Positions 11,589-25,393 are shown, counted from the whole stretch's first letter. The stretch is DNA of 63,486 nt, filler included, from Rhabdomonas costata (GCA_019059605.1; 51 parts of 51 records of this genome joined end to end with filler, not necessarily neighbours in it); one strand, 5' to 3'. The notes: generated from the sequence alone by a model not told the origin. Numbers and translations are program-made.

Positions 11589-14414
11589 TTGGCATGCTGT
11601 GAAAAAAGGCGGGAAACCGAACACTTCGGTGTGGTCTCCGTCGTGAAAATCTGAGAAGGATTCTGAGAAAGCAAGCAAGGGCAATCATAAACTGCACTGC
11701 AGCGTACCACAGTACCACAGTATGCAGTTCGAGCAAAGAAAAAGCGATACGGACGCTTTCCAAAACGAGGCGATAACAGACCAACAAATTTACCTGGAAC
11801 CGCCTCGACATTAGGGGAACGGATCCGCAGTGCGTGGCATAAGGCCACAGAAGAACATCACGCACGGCTGCAACACACCTAACAAGCATTACGGCTCCTC
11901 AACATTGTCAGAATGTGCTCTCCTGGGCTGCACACTAAGGTGTGCTAAGTACAGCAGGCCCAAAGACTTGGCCTTTGATGATACAGATATGTCGAGACCA
12001 CGGATATTCTCGTTTTGGTGTTGTCTTCGGTCGGAATCGAGCCACGATACACGATAGGGAACTCCCCACCAAGCACGTGCCCCATTTCGCCTCACCTGCG
12101 ACGGTCCCGATACTGTGCAACGCCAGCCGCTTATGTGTGTACCAATGGTCAGCCTTTAGCCCATAGACCTAAAGAGCCCTTTAGACAAGGGGGCACTCCG
12201 ACTGGGCGTTCCGTGAGCGTTCGTCTCTTTGTTGCTTCTGCTGGCTTCTACGGCGTCGTGCTGGAGCATCTCAACGGTGATTCTGGACGACCTTTTTCAC
12301 TGCGCACTACCAAGTTGCAGCTCCCAAAGTCCAGGACTATGGGAGCTGCAACTTGGTAGTGCGCAGTGAAAAAGGTCGCCCAAAAACANNNNNNNNNNNN
12401 NNNNNNNNNNNNNNNNNNNNNNNNNNNNNNNNTTAATTAATTAANNNNNNNNNNNNNNNNNNNNNNNNNNNNNNNNNNNNNNNNNNNNTTTTTGTTTTTA
12501 TTTCTCTCTCCGTAGGCGCGAGATCTTTTATTGTATGGATATGTGTTGTGTGCACATTTTGTTGTATCTGTTGCTGTGTGCACATTTTGCTGGCACTTAG
12601 ACCGCACCTGCGGGATTGCCGCTCTTGTGGAGTTTGTCTGGTCCCCCCGCTGCCGGGACCGGCTGCGAAAATTTAAAGACCTGTACCGGTGCAACCTATG
12701 ATGGCCAACTTGAAGAACTGAGTCCTTCGAAAATGATGACGTTTTAGGGGAGGGGTGGGTGAACGGTGTCAGTGCCCACTATATTGCTTTTATTGTGCGG
12801 TTTGGGTGACATTAGAAGACTGCTGGTGAAGGATTAGTCCGTTCCTTTTTTGCGGAAGACTGTGGCAGCATTTGAATAAAATGTCGTGGCATAGCGACCC
12901 TTTGCTGCTGGTTTCTGTTTCGCTCCTGTCAGGTTCTGAACAAGCAGGATGCGATTCACATCACCAACACCTTCCTGAGATACTACACCTACCCGAATTG
13001 CTTTGAGTTTGTGCACGAGTTCAACCGAAGGTTGGCTGGGATTGCAGAGTACAAGCGTCAGATAGGCTGCCTTCCTGCAAACCTGGAAGCGGCGACTGTG
13101 AATTGTTTACGACCTTTTCTCTCAATATCTTCCCTAGCTACTGCCCAATATTGCACTCACAAGCTGTTACGAAGGTTATATTTTGTTGGCTAAGCAAAGC
13201 AAAAGAGGGTGAGAGAACACACTAGAAACCGTCAAAGTGATTTTTGAACGTGCTTCAGCGTCTTGAGAGGACAACCGTCACTCCTCAGAGGAAGTATCAC
13301 CAGTATTGTACACCGAAGTACTTCACAAATGAACGTATCCCCACCAGTCGAAAAGTGGGTTGCTTTCTTGAACTGCATCCTGGTTGTGGAGCCGGAGGTG
13401 GCAGGTGGACGTCAGCCGCCCACGCTTCGGCGGCCGCACAAAGTGGCTTCAAATAATCCTATCAAGCAAGTAAGGGACAAGTCCTTTAGGAGGCATTCTC
13501 ATTCAGGCCAGCAGTGATTCCTAATGAATGCTAGTGTTCGCGTTTCTCCTGCTTTTCTCGCCAGGCCCAATCAGTTCGACTACCACCGGTTCCTGAGGCA
13601 TCTTAAGGAGGACTCCAAGAAGTGGTCCCCCACCCCNNNNNNNNNNNNNNNNNNNNNNNNNNNNNNNNNNNNNNNNNNNNTTAATTAATTAANNNNNNNN
13701 NNNNNNNNNNNNNNNNNNNNNNNNNNNNNNNNNNNNTGTTTATTACAATTGACAAGACTTATAAAAAACGTAAACAGATCCTAAAAAGGCAAATAATTCT
13801 CCATCGTTGTCCCCTCTTCCCCTCGTGGGTCAATGTTGGGGCAAAAACTGCGCACATACAGTAGATTATTGACCTTTTGGGGGAATATGGGGGCTAACTT
13901 AAAGACGCAGATGCTAATTGAGCGCTATTTTTGCCGGAGATTGCCTATTTCCCCCCTATTCCTATTCTAGGCTATTTCAAAAGAAGAAATGTCTATTTTT
14001 GAGCATTTTATGGTCGTTTTGGGGGCTTTGCTTGGAAAATCTAAATCACGCTTCCGCTGTACAATGCTTGCGGCTGCTGCGGAAGTCAGACAGCCTTTGC
14101 AGAGAGGGACCCACTGCCGCCGGTCGTTTCACCCCTGGCCGGTCTGCATTGATTTTCTGATTTTTTTTTCTTTTTCAAATTTTGTCTCGACAGTGGGGAC
14201 ACAGAGAGAACAAACTTAGAGCGAATGAGAAGGAAGAAGGAAAGAAGGGAGCCCGCAAGCTGGGGGACTCGAAGCCCTCCGACGCAGAGAGTACAGATGG
14301 AAAAAAAAACAAAGGGCAATGGGCTGTCGGGAGGCGGCAGCATAAACAGCAACCAGGAGGGGAAGCTCTACGAACCAACCCACGTAAGGGCTTCAGCGCA
14401 GCCACTGGTAGTGT

Positions 14415-14882
14415 TCAGCGTTCCGCTGGCACCCGGAACCCGGAGCGGACTGCCCAAGGACCCGTCCCAATACCGCGCAGCAGCGACCGGGCCACCCCCT
14501 GAGCCACTGCACTGGAGAGGCGCCTCCACAGCCGCTTAGAGGAGACCACCAGCTCCTCCCCGAGCCGCATGCACTGTTTTCTGGCCAGCTCCCGGATGGC
14601 CTTCCTGGCCTCGGGGCCCAACGCACCTGTGGTCTCCGCACCGATGGGGACGAACCTCATACGAAGCCTGGCGCACCTCAGCTTTTCCCTCTCGCGCTGG
14701 GCTGCCGCTGCGCCAGGGGCTACCTCCGCTGGGGAAGAGGTATGGTGCAGAGTGTGCACCACTGACACGTCGACATGCCGGGGAGCGGTTTCGCTGGGTT
14801 CCAACACAAGGACGTCGGAACGAGAGCCATCGGGTTGGGGTGGCTCAAGGCGGGTCGGAAAACCCGCGCGGTTGTACTCAGC
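14415..14882 (-). mobile_element. Non-LTR retrotransposon ORF 3' end with restriction-like endonuclease (RLE) domain, CRE/R2-type
   Basis: Intronless frame open from the contig end: AGFPTRLEP...GSRSDVLV...HVDVSVVH...AAAQREREK...FVPIGAETTGALGPEARKAIREL...WRRLSSAVAQGVA. This follows the E..RPD..D-V-(T/S)-V..K..F-x-P-x-x-x-ET-x-G pattern. An A-rich tract lies about 240 nt after the stop (T-run 14161-14175). Confidence 0.8.
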
Positions 14883-17800
14883 NNNNNNNNNNNNNNNNNN
14901 NNNNNNNNNNNNNNNNNNNNNNNNNNTTAATTAATTAANNNNNNNNNNNNNNNNNNNNNNNNNNNNNNNNNNNNNNNNNNNNGGTTGGTGTTCAGGCCCG
15001 GCACGGTGTACATTGCCAGGGAGTCCTGAGACAAGGGTGCCAGGTGTGCAATTGGGAAGAACACGGGGAGGGAGATCCCATACATTCCTTCTGCAGAAGA
15101 GAGGAGAGATGGGATGTGAACCAAAACCCTGTTGATAAGATGGCGGCATTCCCAAAGGTTGAATTTCGCCCACTAAGCTCTGTTTCTTCTCCTGCTGACG
15201 CATGGATGCATTTTAGTTGCTAAAACCCTGTGCATTACCGTTACCGTTTTTTTCCCTCCGTTTTTTGTTTCCCCCGGCCTCCACGCTGCCATCGATCATA
15301 ACCTCAACCCCAATCCAGTAGGAAATCACCCGATCCGCCACTGGTCTCCATACATACCGGTACGTATTTAAAATAAAAATATCAACAACATGAGCAAATC
15401 GAATGAAACGCGTTGAAGGCGGGCACTCGTTATCAGCACCGCTAACTGTAGCAAGTGACGGGGCAGTGGTGGGCGAGGGTCATCCAAACACAGCTAGCAG
15501 TGACGCGCATCGCATGATATGATATGCGTTTACTTTAGGATCATCTTCACTCCAAATCAAGCTCAATGTGACAAGGTGACAAGATGGCGTCTCTTCAGGT
15601 GCTTTTCAGCACGCGTGCCTCCACTCTGTGCTGGGAAAAGGCCTTCACGATGGGTCAGAAAAGGTGTGCGGCGTCGAGCGGGGGAGCGGTCACCTTCAAG
15701 CTGTCCCGGGAATGCGGTGCGGCCGCAGAGGTGGGCATCACGCCGGGATCCAGAGGGCAACCCTCCCATGTGCCCTTGTAGCGCTTCTGAATCTCGCTAA
15801 GGACAGCCTGTTGTCGGAGCGCGGGGCGGGGGTGGGAGTGTGTGACTGGGAGTGAATACTCCGGAAAGATGTCCAAAAAGCCTCTCCAATGAGCGGCTAG
15901 TGACCAACATAAGTGCGAGGTGAGTGACAGCGCTAAGATTACAGTGTCCCCTTGACGATTTTACATCAGCCCACCCCCCCCCCATTTTATTCATATTGCC
16001 TATTAAACCAAACTGTACAGGTCCTAATTGCAAAAATAGAGTCTCAGGAAGTCGCAGAGTTCAATAATTGAAAATGGGAGCAGTGCAACACTGTCAAATC
16101 GTGATACAACTCGAGTCCAAAAACCCCNNNNNNNNNNNNNNNNNNNNNNNNNNNNNNNNNNNNNNNNNNNNTTAATTAATTAANNNNNNNNNNNNNNNNN
16201 NNNNNNNNNNNNNNNNNNNNNNNNNNNGTGTGGGATCCTCCAACCCCCCAGCTGAACCCCCGCAGCTCTCCAGGGCACCCCGTGGCCTGCGGGGGTTCAG
16301 CTGGGGGGTTGGAGGATCCCACTCGCACCACAATCCTCCGCAGTGTTCTGCAATACCTTCGTCAGGTGAGGGCTTCCGCGCCGTCTTGAGTCTTGTGGCC
16401 ATCCATTGTGAATGAATGATAGCGAATGATAGCTGATTCTTTGTGCTGCAATGATGACGTATTATTTACTCTGTTTTCACTGGCGTCGTACACCGCTCTC
16501 AAGCCTGTGCATTAGACCCAGTCCCCGTTACGTATACCCGTGCGTTGTGATCGCTACTCACCGTAAAAAGTGAGGAGCGCACGCTTCGAAGGAAAGCATC
16601 TATTATCCAGGACCGCAGAGCGTGAGACTTCCTGAACAAAATCCACTTTCGCGGAAGTGCTATACCCCTTCGCACCTTCGCACGTAGAGCTCCGCTTTTT
16701 GTATGTGTGTGCTGTGCATCGCCTGCAAATTTTTTTGTCCGAATTCAAGGGAACACTTGCATTGTCCTTCATCACGATGCACAATCTCTACAGTAAGTGC
16801 GTGGTAACCGCGTCTCGTGTGTTGCGGTCATTTCCATCGCCCTTCTGGTTTCGGGTTTGGGGATCGCAGTGCAGCAGCTTGGGGTACTTCATTAACCTGG
16901 ACACGATGTTTCCTGTGGACCCCTCCCAACGGACATCTAAGGTTTTCGTCTGCCTTTTCAGACTGCTCTTATAGAAGATCTACTCCAATCAGGTGAAATC
17001 AGGTTACTCAGCAAACCCGTGGTTTGTTTCTACACATCTCGCATTCCATGGCAATTGTGAAGGGTGACCCCGTGGGAGTGGCAAGGCAGGGTAACCCAGT
17101 ATTTGTTTGCTGCTGCAATCTATTGCAACCCTTAAAAACCGGGACAATGTGGGGAAAGCTCCGTCCGTCCTGAAACAACAAGTGACTACCAATCTCAAAG
17201 AATCTCAAAGAATTTCCTGCTGTTGCCCAATTACAATACTGCTCTGAATGAACTTCTGCTCATTGGTTTTCTATTTGCAGCTTTTTGGTCCCGCCCTGGG
17301 AGCCACGGTCACCCAGCTGGACTTCCTGGGCCGGGTACTTCCCCCAGGGGCCAAGGTTCTGTGCTACTGTTCCCGNNNNNNNNNNNNNNNNNNNNNNNNN
17401 NNNNNNNNNNNNNNNNNNNTTAATTAATTAANNNNNNNNNNNNNNNNNNNNNNNNNNNNNNNNNNNNNNNNNNNNGTGGGCCTTCTCGGCTGGCTCCTTC
17501 TTTGTATTAACTTCAGGTATGTATGCATGTATGCTGAGTTGGTGAGCCACTCTGGAATGTTTTCATGGGGTGTTGTGGGTTGTTGCTTTCCCCATCGTGT
17601 CCTGTTTTTTTTTCACTTCTGGATTTCCTTTCATCAGTGTTCTTCCTTTCACCGAATCATCGGATTTCCTCTCCGGTTTTGCTTCGTCAAGACTTGCAAG
17701 GCACTTGCATGCAGCTGTTGTATCGTTACCTCTCTCCCTTAGCCCCCCTTTCCCTGTGGTGGGGTAACACGCTGGTTTTGTGTGGTGTGAGGAAAAGGAG

Positions 17801-18785
17801 GTGAATGGTTTCTCAGTTGTGTGCCTGCCTGCCTGCGTCTTACTGTAGCTTTATCGTCCTCTATCCGCTCGCTCACTCATTCCTTCCTCCATTTCGTTGG
17901 TACCGTTGCTATTGCTTCGGACAAGTGCTCCTCTTTCACCTGGTGGGTTTGTGTCTAGCCGTATTCTTGCTATTCAAGGTGAGCTGATGCTGGACTTCAT
18001 GCATTAATTTACACTATATAAATCGTTGCTGGCACACCGGTGTGCAGGTGGGCGGACGGTGCGCCAGCCTACAGTTCTTTCTCTTATCAGTATGCAGGCC
18101 AAAAAGGGCCCTTGCAAGCCTGTGTAAAGGCATAAAGGGCCCAAAAATACCCCAAAATGGCCCTGAAATGGCCTCTAGCGTGGCTCTAAACCGAAGCATT
18201 CCGGCCCACTCCGGTGCCAGCATGCAGTACTCCTGGGCTCTACCCTTAGGGATGCTAAGCAGGCCTGGCCGAAAGCAGTATGCAGGCTTGCAATGGGCCA
18301 AAAAGTGCACCCCAGGCCCTTGAACCCCAAGCCCAAGCCCGTGAAAATTTTCGAGTCGAAAATGCCCTGAAAAGGGCCAAAATGGGACCTTGAAGGGGCC
18401 ATATCTCCGCGTAGAGAAGAAGTCCGAGGCCGGGAAGCGGCCAACCAACTCATCTCAGGAGTACCACCAAATATGAGCCCCAACCCATCGCTCTAGCTCG
18501 AGTTCTGAGGTCAATGTTAGGTCTCCGGTCCTGTCCGGTCCGGTCCGGGAGTGACCATGGCGGATGTCACCCAGCGAATAGGGCGAGGTTTGAGCCGAAG
18601 TTAGTGGTCCTACCCACCAAAACNNNNNNNNNNNNNNNNNNNNNNNNNNNNNNNNNNNNNNNNNNNNTTAATTAATTAANNNNNNNNNNNNNNNNNNNNN
18701 NNNNNNNNNNNNNNNNNNNNNNNGGTGTTTGGGAAAGGCAAGAGTTTGTGAACAAAAACACGCGCTGCGCCATTTTCGGGCAAAC

Positions 18786-18996
18786 CAATCACTCCATTTC
18801 CATGGACCTCTTCCGTGTTGCCGAGCCCGTCTGTGATCCTCCAGTGGCGGGTGCTGAGCTGAGCTGAGCCGCACCCCAGTGCATCGGGGTCCACCACCCT
18901 TAGCCGAATGCTGTATGTGAACATGACTTGAGGCGACTCCGTCACAAACATGGCAGAGGCTCGGGCCTCGATGCCCCGAGTCACTACCACGGAGAC
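18786..18996 (-). CDS. ApaG-domain protein exon (FBXO3/SKIP16-like)
   Basis: VSVVVTRGIEARASAMF...FTYSIRL...AQLSTRHWRITDGLGNTEEVHGNGVIG carries the ApaG hallmarks Y-x-I-R, QL..RHW.I and V-x-G-x-GVIG. Bounded by cag| and |gtttgc. Confidence 0.88.
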
Positions 18997-21678
18997 CTGA
19001 GGTCAATGCGCCCAGGAACATGCAGTAGAGAGAGAGCATTCGTACAGGAGATGTGAGAGGTCACAACAGATTGAGATTATGTTTCCAATCCTCAGCAACT
19101 CAAGTACTGCAACAATTCATAAGTTGTTATGCAATTTCAACTCTCCAGTCAGAAGGGTCTAGGTTAGAAAGAAGTGTGAAGTCACAATTTGAAACTTTTG
19201 GATGTAAGAAAAAACCTTTGTCAAGAACGCGGACGCATGCTAAATGCAGCTATCTATTCAAGACTGAGTGGCCCAATCTTAAATTATAGGTTTGAGTTTT
19301 CGGCGGTCAGACAGAGTCTTGGAAACAATTCTGCTTGCAACAAGTGACAAGAGGTACTGCTGCAACGCTTCGCAGCTCAACAACTGGCGCCAGGTCAGTC
19401 TGCTGCGGAGGAACATGCAATGGTCAGACAACTTCAGCTGACCTTTGAGCAGTCGAAATCTTGCATGAGTGACAATTTCTCCTGCAGTTTCTGAACCACT
19501 TTAGCCTCGAGAAACTCCATGGGCTAGGGATTCAATCGGTGTGGCAAGGGGGGCCTACAGTTGTCGCGACCACAAAAACCACAGGATGGCAAGGATGGTA
19601 GAATAATGAGCTCCAGCCCCCAAAAGCAGAAGCGATTCGCTGAAACAGAGGCACTGTGTGAGTCCCTTCCTGGGCAGTTCGGCACAATGAATCGGGAGAT
19701 ACACGAAAAACTCTGGCCCTTCCTGTATGGAACCTTGGCAAAAGTGCGGAAAGCGGGGGAACATGCTCAGCGGGAACGTTTGTAGCGAACGGTCCGGAAG
19801 GCTCTGTGAGGCCAACGCGGAAGACAGACATGTGCCGTTATTGCGATGATACTAAGCTGAAGGCCAAGATANNNNNNNNNNNNNNNNNNNNNNNNNNNNN
19901 NNNNNNNNNNNNNNNTTAATTAATTAANNNNNNNNNNNNNNNNNNNNNNNNNNNNNNNNNNNNNNNNNNNNGGTGTGGGGGTGGACGTGCTTACGGTTTA
20001 GGGGTAGGATGGGCAGGAAAGGGTAATCTGATTTTGTACGGTTCTTGCGTGTGGATCGGGGACATAAACACCCTGCGCTCTTTACTGTTGCTGATATGTG
20101 CGGGTTCTGTTGTGAAGACGCAGTCCCCCCTTGGGTTCTCTCATCTTTCACTTCCAGAACACGCACGCCCAGAAGGCAGGCCAGAGTCCCACCAACAAAG
20201 GTTATCACAGTGTCCCGTGTTTGAAAGGTAATGGCATGCCAGAGTCGCAAGGGTGTAGACCAGGAAGTCGATCCCGGCCTGCACACTGCGCAGCGTGGGC
20301 TCCACCACCGGGGGCAGGGCAGGCGGCACGGAAGGCTGGCTCCCCAGACCCAAGAATGCAGGCCGCTCCGCCAGCTTCGCGGAGACTGCGGCGATGGTCT
20401 TGCGGTACTCCGCCGCGGCCTTGGCCAGGGTGTTCAGTCGGAACACCGTCCGCCCCACAGTGAGGCCGGGGGGCAACTCTGCCAGCATGGCCAGCTCAGG
20501 AAGGGGGCCGCACCCCCCCAGCAGGAAGGCTCGGCAGCCCCCAACTGAAGCCACCGCCCAGTGAGGTGAGGCAAGCAGACGAAGGACGCAAAATTTCACT
20601 GGTGATATGCAGGCTTAGAAAGGGTCTTTTAGAAACTCACGTTATCTCCATTACCACACACTGTTCGCCGAAAGGGACAGGTAAATATATTTCGACAACA
20701 CGGGGAGCAAATTGTTCGAAGTGCCGGAAGTTTAGTAAGGGCAAAATAAAATTGTGCGGTTGGGAGGCAACAGTGTGAGAAAAATGAGAAGTGCGCATCC
20801 GCGTACGTAAGCATTTATATTAACTTGACTTATGAGATGGTCAGCTCCCAAACGGAAACAGCCAATTTCGGTTAACTTCGCAGCTGTTGCCAAGAAAAAG
20901 CTTAAGGCCTTGATCGCAAAGTGGAATAAAATGGGGACCACCCCTTTTTCACGCTTCATCGCGCCGCACAGCGGTTCGTTCAAATCCTTTCTTCTTTTCT
21001 TTCTATCCGCGTTCTCTGAGACTGATTCTTCTTGTCGGGACTGCCACGCGTTCACCACAAGTTCCCTGTCCTCAAGGTTCATTCTGGCGACCACACGCTC
21101 TCTCTTTCACCACACCCCCNNNNNNNNNNNNNNNNNNNNNNNNNNNNNNNNNNNNNNNNNNNNTTAATTAATTAANNNNNNNNNNNNNNNNNNNNNNNNN
21201 NNNNNNNNNNNNNNNNNNNTTGCACATCACACACAGATTCATCCTTGTAGGAGCGCTCCTTGCCTGCCTTGCAGGAGTGTGCGGAAGCGATGTGGAGTGC
21301 CCCCTGGGCTACGGAGCGTTGAGCCCTCAGACGACGTGCGCCTCGCAGACCTGCTTGCAAATGGAATGCTGTCAAGTTATTTCCTGAACCTGTTCTTTCC
21401 ATTTCGGTGTGGGTGTGCTTGAGTGCGGGGACAAACAGCGGGCAGAAGGGCCCAAACCCCAGCCCACCTCTCCGAGAATGTAAAAAAAAAAAACGCGGCA
21501 TTTCGCGCCTGTGCGCTTGCCGAAGTGTTCCGCAGGGCCTTGCTCATCGCAGCGGGGGAAGACTGGGACACAAGCGTTTTGGTTGGCTTTTCTTTTCCTT
21601 GCGTGCGTATGTACAGAGGGTTGGTGGTAATGCATTGTCCTGCTCTGTCAGTAGTGGGGGTCTTTGCTGGGTTCATAG

Positions 21679-21974
21679 CGCTGTACAACTGGGCCACGCT
21701 GTTCCCCACTACCTCCCCTTCGGGGGCGTACGCCCGCAACCGCCACTGCACGCTGACCTTTGGTAATGCGCTGCTGATGGTCGCTGGGTATTCCGGCGCT
21801 GACTCCAGCGCCGTCCTGAATGACGTGCTGTGGAGCACGGACGGGCTGTCGTGGACCCAGACGACCACGGCAGCCTTCTCCTGGGGGCGCCAAGCGATGG
21901 GGTGCGGGGTGCTTGGGTCCCGAGCCTACGTCGTGGGTGGCTCAAGTTTCGCCAACTCCCAATACTCTAGCGAG
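21679..21974 (+). CDS. Kelch/galactose-oxidase-like beta-propeller repeat exon
   Basis: ARNRHCTLTFGNALLMVAGY...LNDVLWSTDGLSWTQ...GRQAMGCGVLGSRAYVVGG has Kelch-type R..H, (A/G)G, ND-V and W motifs. Bounded by tag| and |gtacgt. Confidence 0.75.
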
Positions 21975-22734
21975 GTACGTTATTGCTGAGCAGGTCCCTC
22001 CCAGCGCAGCACCTGGGATCGGGCGGTGTCCGAGTGTGTGTGTGTGCATCGCCTCCGTGTGCGTGTTTTGAGGGGTTTGTAATGCTGCCTTTGCTGCCTC
22101 TGCTGCTGGAATCGCCTCCGTGTGTGCTGTGCTGTGTGTGTGTGTGTGTGTGTGGATGGGCACGGCGCACACCCTCCCCCAATGCCCGTCGTGTCGTCCA
22201 GCACGAACAGCAGCACCGTGAACGCGCCAAAAAAACCAACAGGCTTGGAAGCCGGCGCTGGTACAAGCCCGGCATCCGGAGAGGTCTTCAACTCCGGGAC
22301 CAGGACCCGATCAATAAGGGCATGAACTTCAAGGACGCTTCGGCGACTTGGAACAAGTCTGGCCTGATNNNNNNNNNNNNNNNNNNNNNNNNNNNNNNNN
22401 NNNNNNNNNNNNTTAATTAATTAANNNNNNNNNNNNNNNNNNNNNNNNNNNNNNNNNNNNNNNNNNNNGGGGTTTGGGGGAGAGAGAGAGAGAGAGAGAG
22501 AGAGGAGAAAGTAGAGTATGCAACAAGGCGACACTTGTGGGACTTGTGGGAAAGATGTGGAATGCTTTGAGCAAGCAAAAATCGCTGCCCTTGCAGCGGA
22601 AACGGTGAAAAGAAATTGAAGCGGTAATGCCGGGGTAATCTGTTGCCGATTCCGTAAGTCCCAGGTCCCTTGTCTTCATGAACTATCGACCCCAATGACT
22701 GCCAAATAAAACCTCCTTTTGCCCTTCTATTTAG

Positions 22735-23009
22735 CTCGTGGAGGTTCAGCGCCAGATGGAGGTGCAGTACAAGCTCTCCCAGAACGTACAGTACGAAAAC
22801 ACGGAGCTCTCGGGGCGGGTCAAGGGCCTCGTCCGGGCCGTGCTGGACTTCAAGGCAGGCAAGGCAGTGGAGGTCACCGAGGCCGGTGCCCCTCTCTTCA
22901 CGAAAGACGAGCTCAGCGAGTTCGAGCAGGCCAAGCGAAGGTTTGAGCGGGAGAAGCAAGCTCAGCTGAAGATTATGAGGTTGCGGCAGAAGCTCCGCAG
23001 CGAGCAGAG
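22735..23009 (+). CDS. Hypothetical coiled-coil protein exon
   Basis: GC3-rich open frame LVEVQRQMEVQYKL...RLRQKLRSEQ between ttag| and |gtttgc. Confidence 0.55.
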
Positions 23010-24964
23010 GTTTGCCTGCTGAAAGGGGCTTTTCTTGCCTCCCAGGCATCTGTAGTGTTCCTGAAGAATACACTTTTGGGGTTGATGGCAAGGAATCACA
23101 AAACTGCAAAAAGACACAACCACAACAGGTTGACGACCTGTTGGAAAGAATGTTTTATTTCAGTTGTGTAGGCAACCATTACGCGCTGAGCACACAAGAA
23201 AGAGACACGAGCCCTGTGTCAGATCACAGTTCAACTAGGGTGCATTACGGGCTACAGAAGCACCAGACAAGGGCTTCAAGGGGCTTCACACACCATTGTC
23301 ATATGAAGTTATACGTGCTTCAGTCGTCGAGTCTGGTGAACAGCCACATGGCTGTTCCAGTTGGAATTGTTTGCAAGATGTTCATGAGGTCTCCATCGCA
23401 GTGTTGTATCCGCTCCGGGCGTTTGAACCTCTTTTCCACTCGCGCACCGAACTAACCATATTTTTGCTATTAGAATCTGGAGTGTATCTGGATTTCGGCC
23501 ACCAGCCGTTTGGCGCTTCTGATTCACCTCGCAGGACCTCGCAGGAGTGAGGAGGAACCCGGTGGGTAAGCCGGATTCTCCCTCCTCGTGTTGAAAATAT
23601 TAACACCCACCACCCCNNNNNNNNNNNNNNNNNNNNNNNNNNNNNNNNNNNNNNNNNNNNTTAATTAATTAANNNNNNNNNNNNNNNNNNNNNNNNNNNN
23701 NNNNNNNNNNNNNNNNTGTGTCGGGAGTGTGGGGGTGGTGTGTGTGTTTGGGGGAGGGGTAAGGGATGGCTAGCGACATCTTATTCCCCACAGCCCCATC
23801 GACCGCCTCGTTGTGTTGAACTCTCCTCTTTTTTCTTCGCTGATTCGTGCTTGCCCCCAAAATATTGTTGGTGCCGAGCTTTGCAGGTCTCTGTCTTCCT
23901 TTCTGCAAGCTCTTATCGTATCCCCTGCGCGCGGCGGGGAGGAGGTCGGCCTGCTCATCTCCATGCTTAGGTTTTCTAGCTTTTCCTTCCTCTTTCTCTC
24001 TTTCGTTCACATTTTTGGTGCTGCTTTTTGTCAGGGGATGCTTTCTTTCCCCCTGCTTTCTTTTTGGGGGCAGTAAGTCGCCCACAACGTGTAGCTGCAC
24101 CCTACCACAGTATCTGCAGTGGCCATGTCTGTCCCCATTCATAGGGGCTGAGGAGGACCGTTGCATGCTGAAGAGGGTGTTTGCAAAAGACATGCCACTC
24201 CGGAGAGCACATTGGTGAAGAAGCGCGTGGATTTTTCCGCGATGGATTTTTCATTCAGTCAACCTCTGGGGTGGACAGGCGCTGCAGTCTTGAAGCTTTG
24301 GTTGCAAGCCTTCGCTCCCACAAAATGAAGGCGATATTTGAGCAAGGCATACCGCGCGGGCATAAATGAAGATTAACACGGGAGCCTTTTCTTAGCTTTA
24401 TTGGTGAACCACTCTTTTACGTTTTTGGATTCTACGTCAGGCTCCTTAACTTGATTTTTCCCCTTCAAGTAAGTCGAGTGAAGGGAAGGCAGGTGTCAAG
24501 AGTAAATTAAAAAGATGTTGCGATGATGATAATGTATGTTGCCTCCACATTCACTTTCACTTTGGTGTGACCTGGTACCAAGAAAGTGACCCTTTACTGG
24601 CGTGGGGTGATGTTCGGTGTCCGACAAGTGTGAATAAGGAAAATGCGAGGAGAAACCACATCAGCCACGCTCTCTGGTGCACAAAATATGGGAAACCGGT
24701 GCGGAATCTGGTGTAGACGCGGGAAAAAACCGTGATGGAATATTTTATTTCGCCAGACTGGCAGATTATTTCCATGGAGCACGTTCGCAATATTGTTGGG
24801 TCAGATCCTGCGAGTTCACCAAATAACTGTGTCCACCGCGATGTAGGGCAAAGAAAAAACCACANNNNNNNNNNNNNNNNNNNNNNNNNNNNNNNNNNNN
24901 NNNNNNNNTTAATTAATTAANNNNNNNNNNNNNNNNNNNNNNNNNNNNNNNNNNNNNNNNNNNN

Positions 24965-25393
24965 ATTTGCTCTCTTCCAGTTGCTTCACGGAGTTCCATT
25001 TTTCTCCAATGAGCTGCTCGGAGGACGCAATGGCAGCCAGGATGTCTGCTTCTAGCTTCTGCAACGCAACAGAACTCAAAAGGAGGTTCCAAGTCGGCAA
25101 CAGTTCTCTTCCAACTTGAGAACTCCCAAACGAGCTACTGCACTAGGGATTTTGGGCTTCTTCACCAACTACCTTCCTGCGGTGAAGGCGGAAAACAGCT
25201 TTTCAGGACAAACAAAAATGGAAGCACACACCAGTACGCGTTCATTGGTAGGATCTGCAAGCAAAAGTTCTTTAACTTGATCCTTTTGCTCTTTATAGGT
25301 CTTGAGCTTGGACTTCAGTTCAGCAATTTCAGCTTTCAGAGGCTGAATCAACGAGTCGTACACCACTGTGGTGGACGATTCAGCAGAGGCCAT
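24965..25393 (-). CDS. SPF30/SMNDC1-like splicing factor N-terminus (ZGPAT-type N-terminus not excluded), first two exons
   Basis: Exon 25393-25232 reads MASAE...ELKSKLKTYKEQKDQVKELLLADPTNERVL|gtgtgt. Exon 25058-24965 reads KLEADILAAIASSEQLI. The join matches the SPF30 pattern 'L..YK.QL.QV...L..DP.N.....L..DL..VI'. Confidence 0.65.

Noticed and set aside
18010..18623. Stretch with recurring gggccc/aaaa motifs that looks like a repeat-element end
   Set aside because: No second copy, terminal repeat or coding similarity is visible in this window.
22202..22368. GLQLRDQDPINKGMNF resembling the malic-enzyme N-terminal LNKG.AF motif
   Set aside because: The match is too short and the surrounding residues do not fit.
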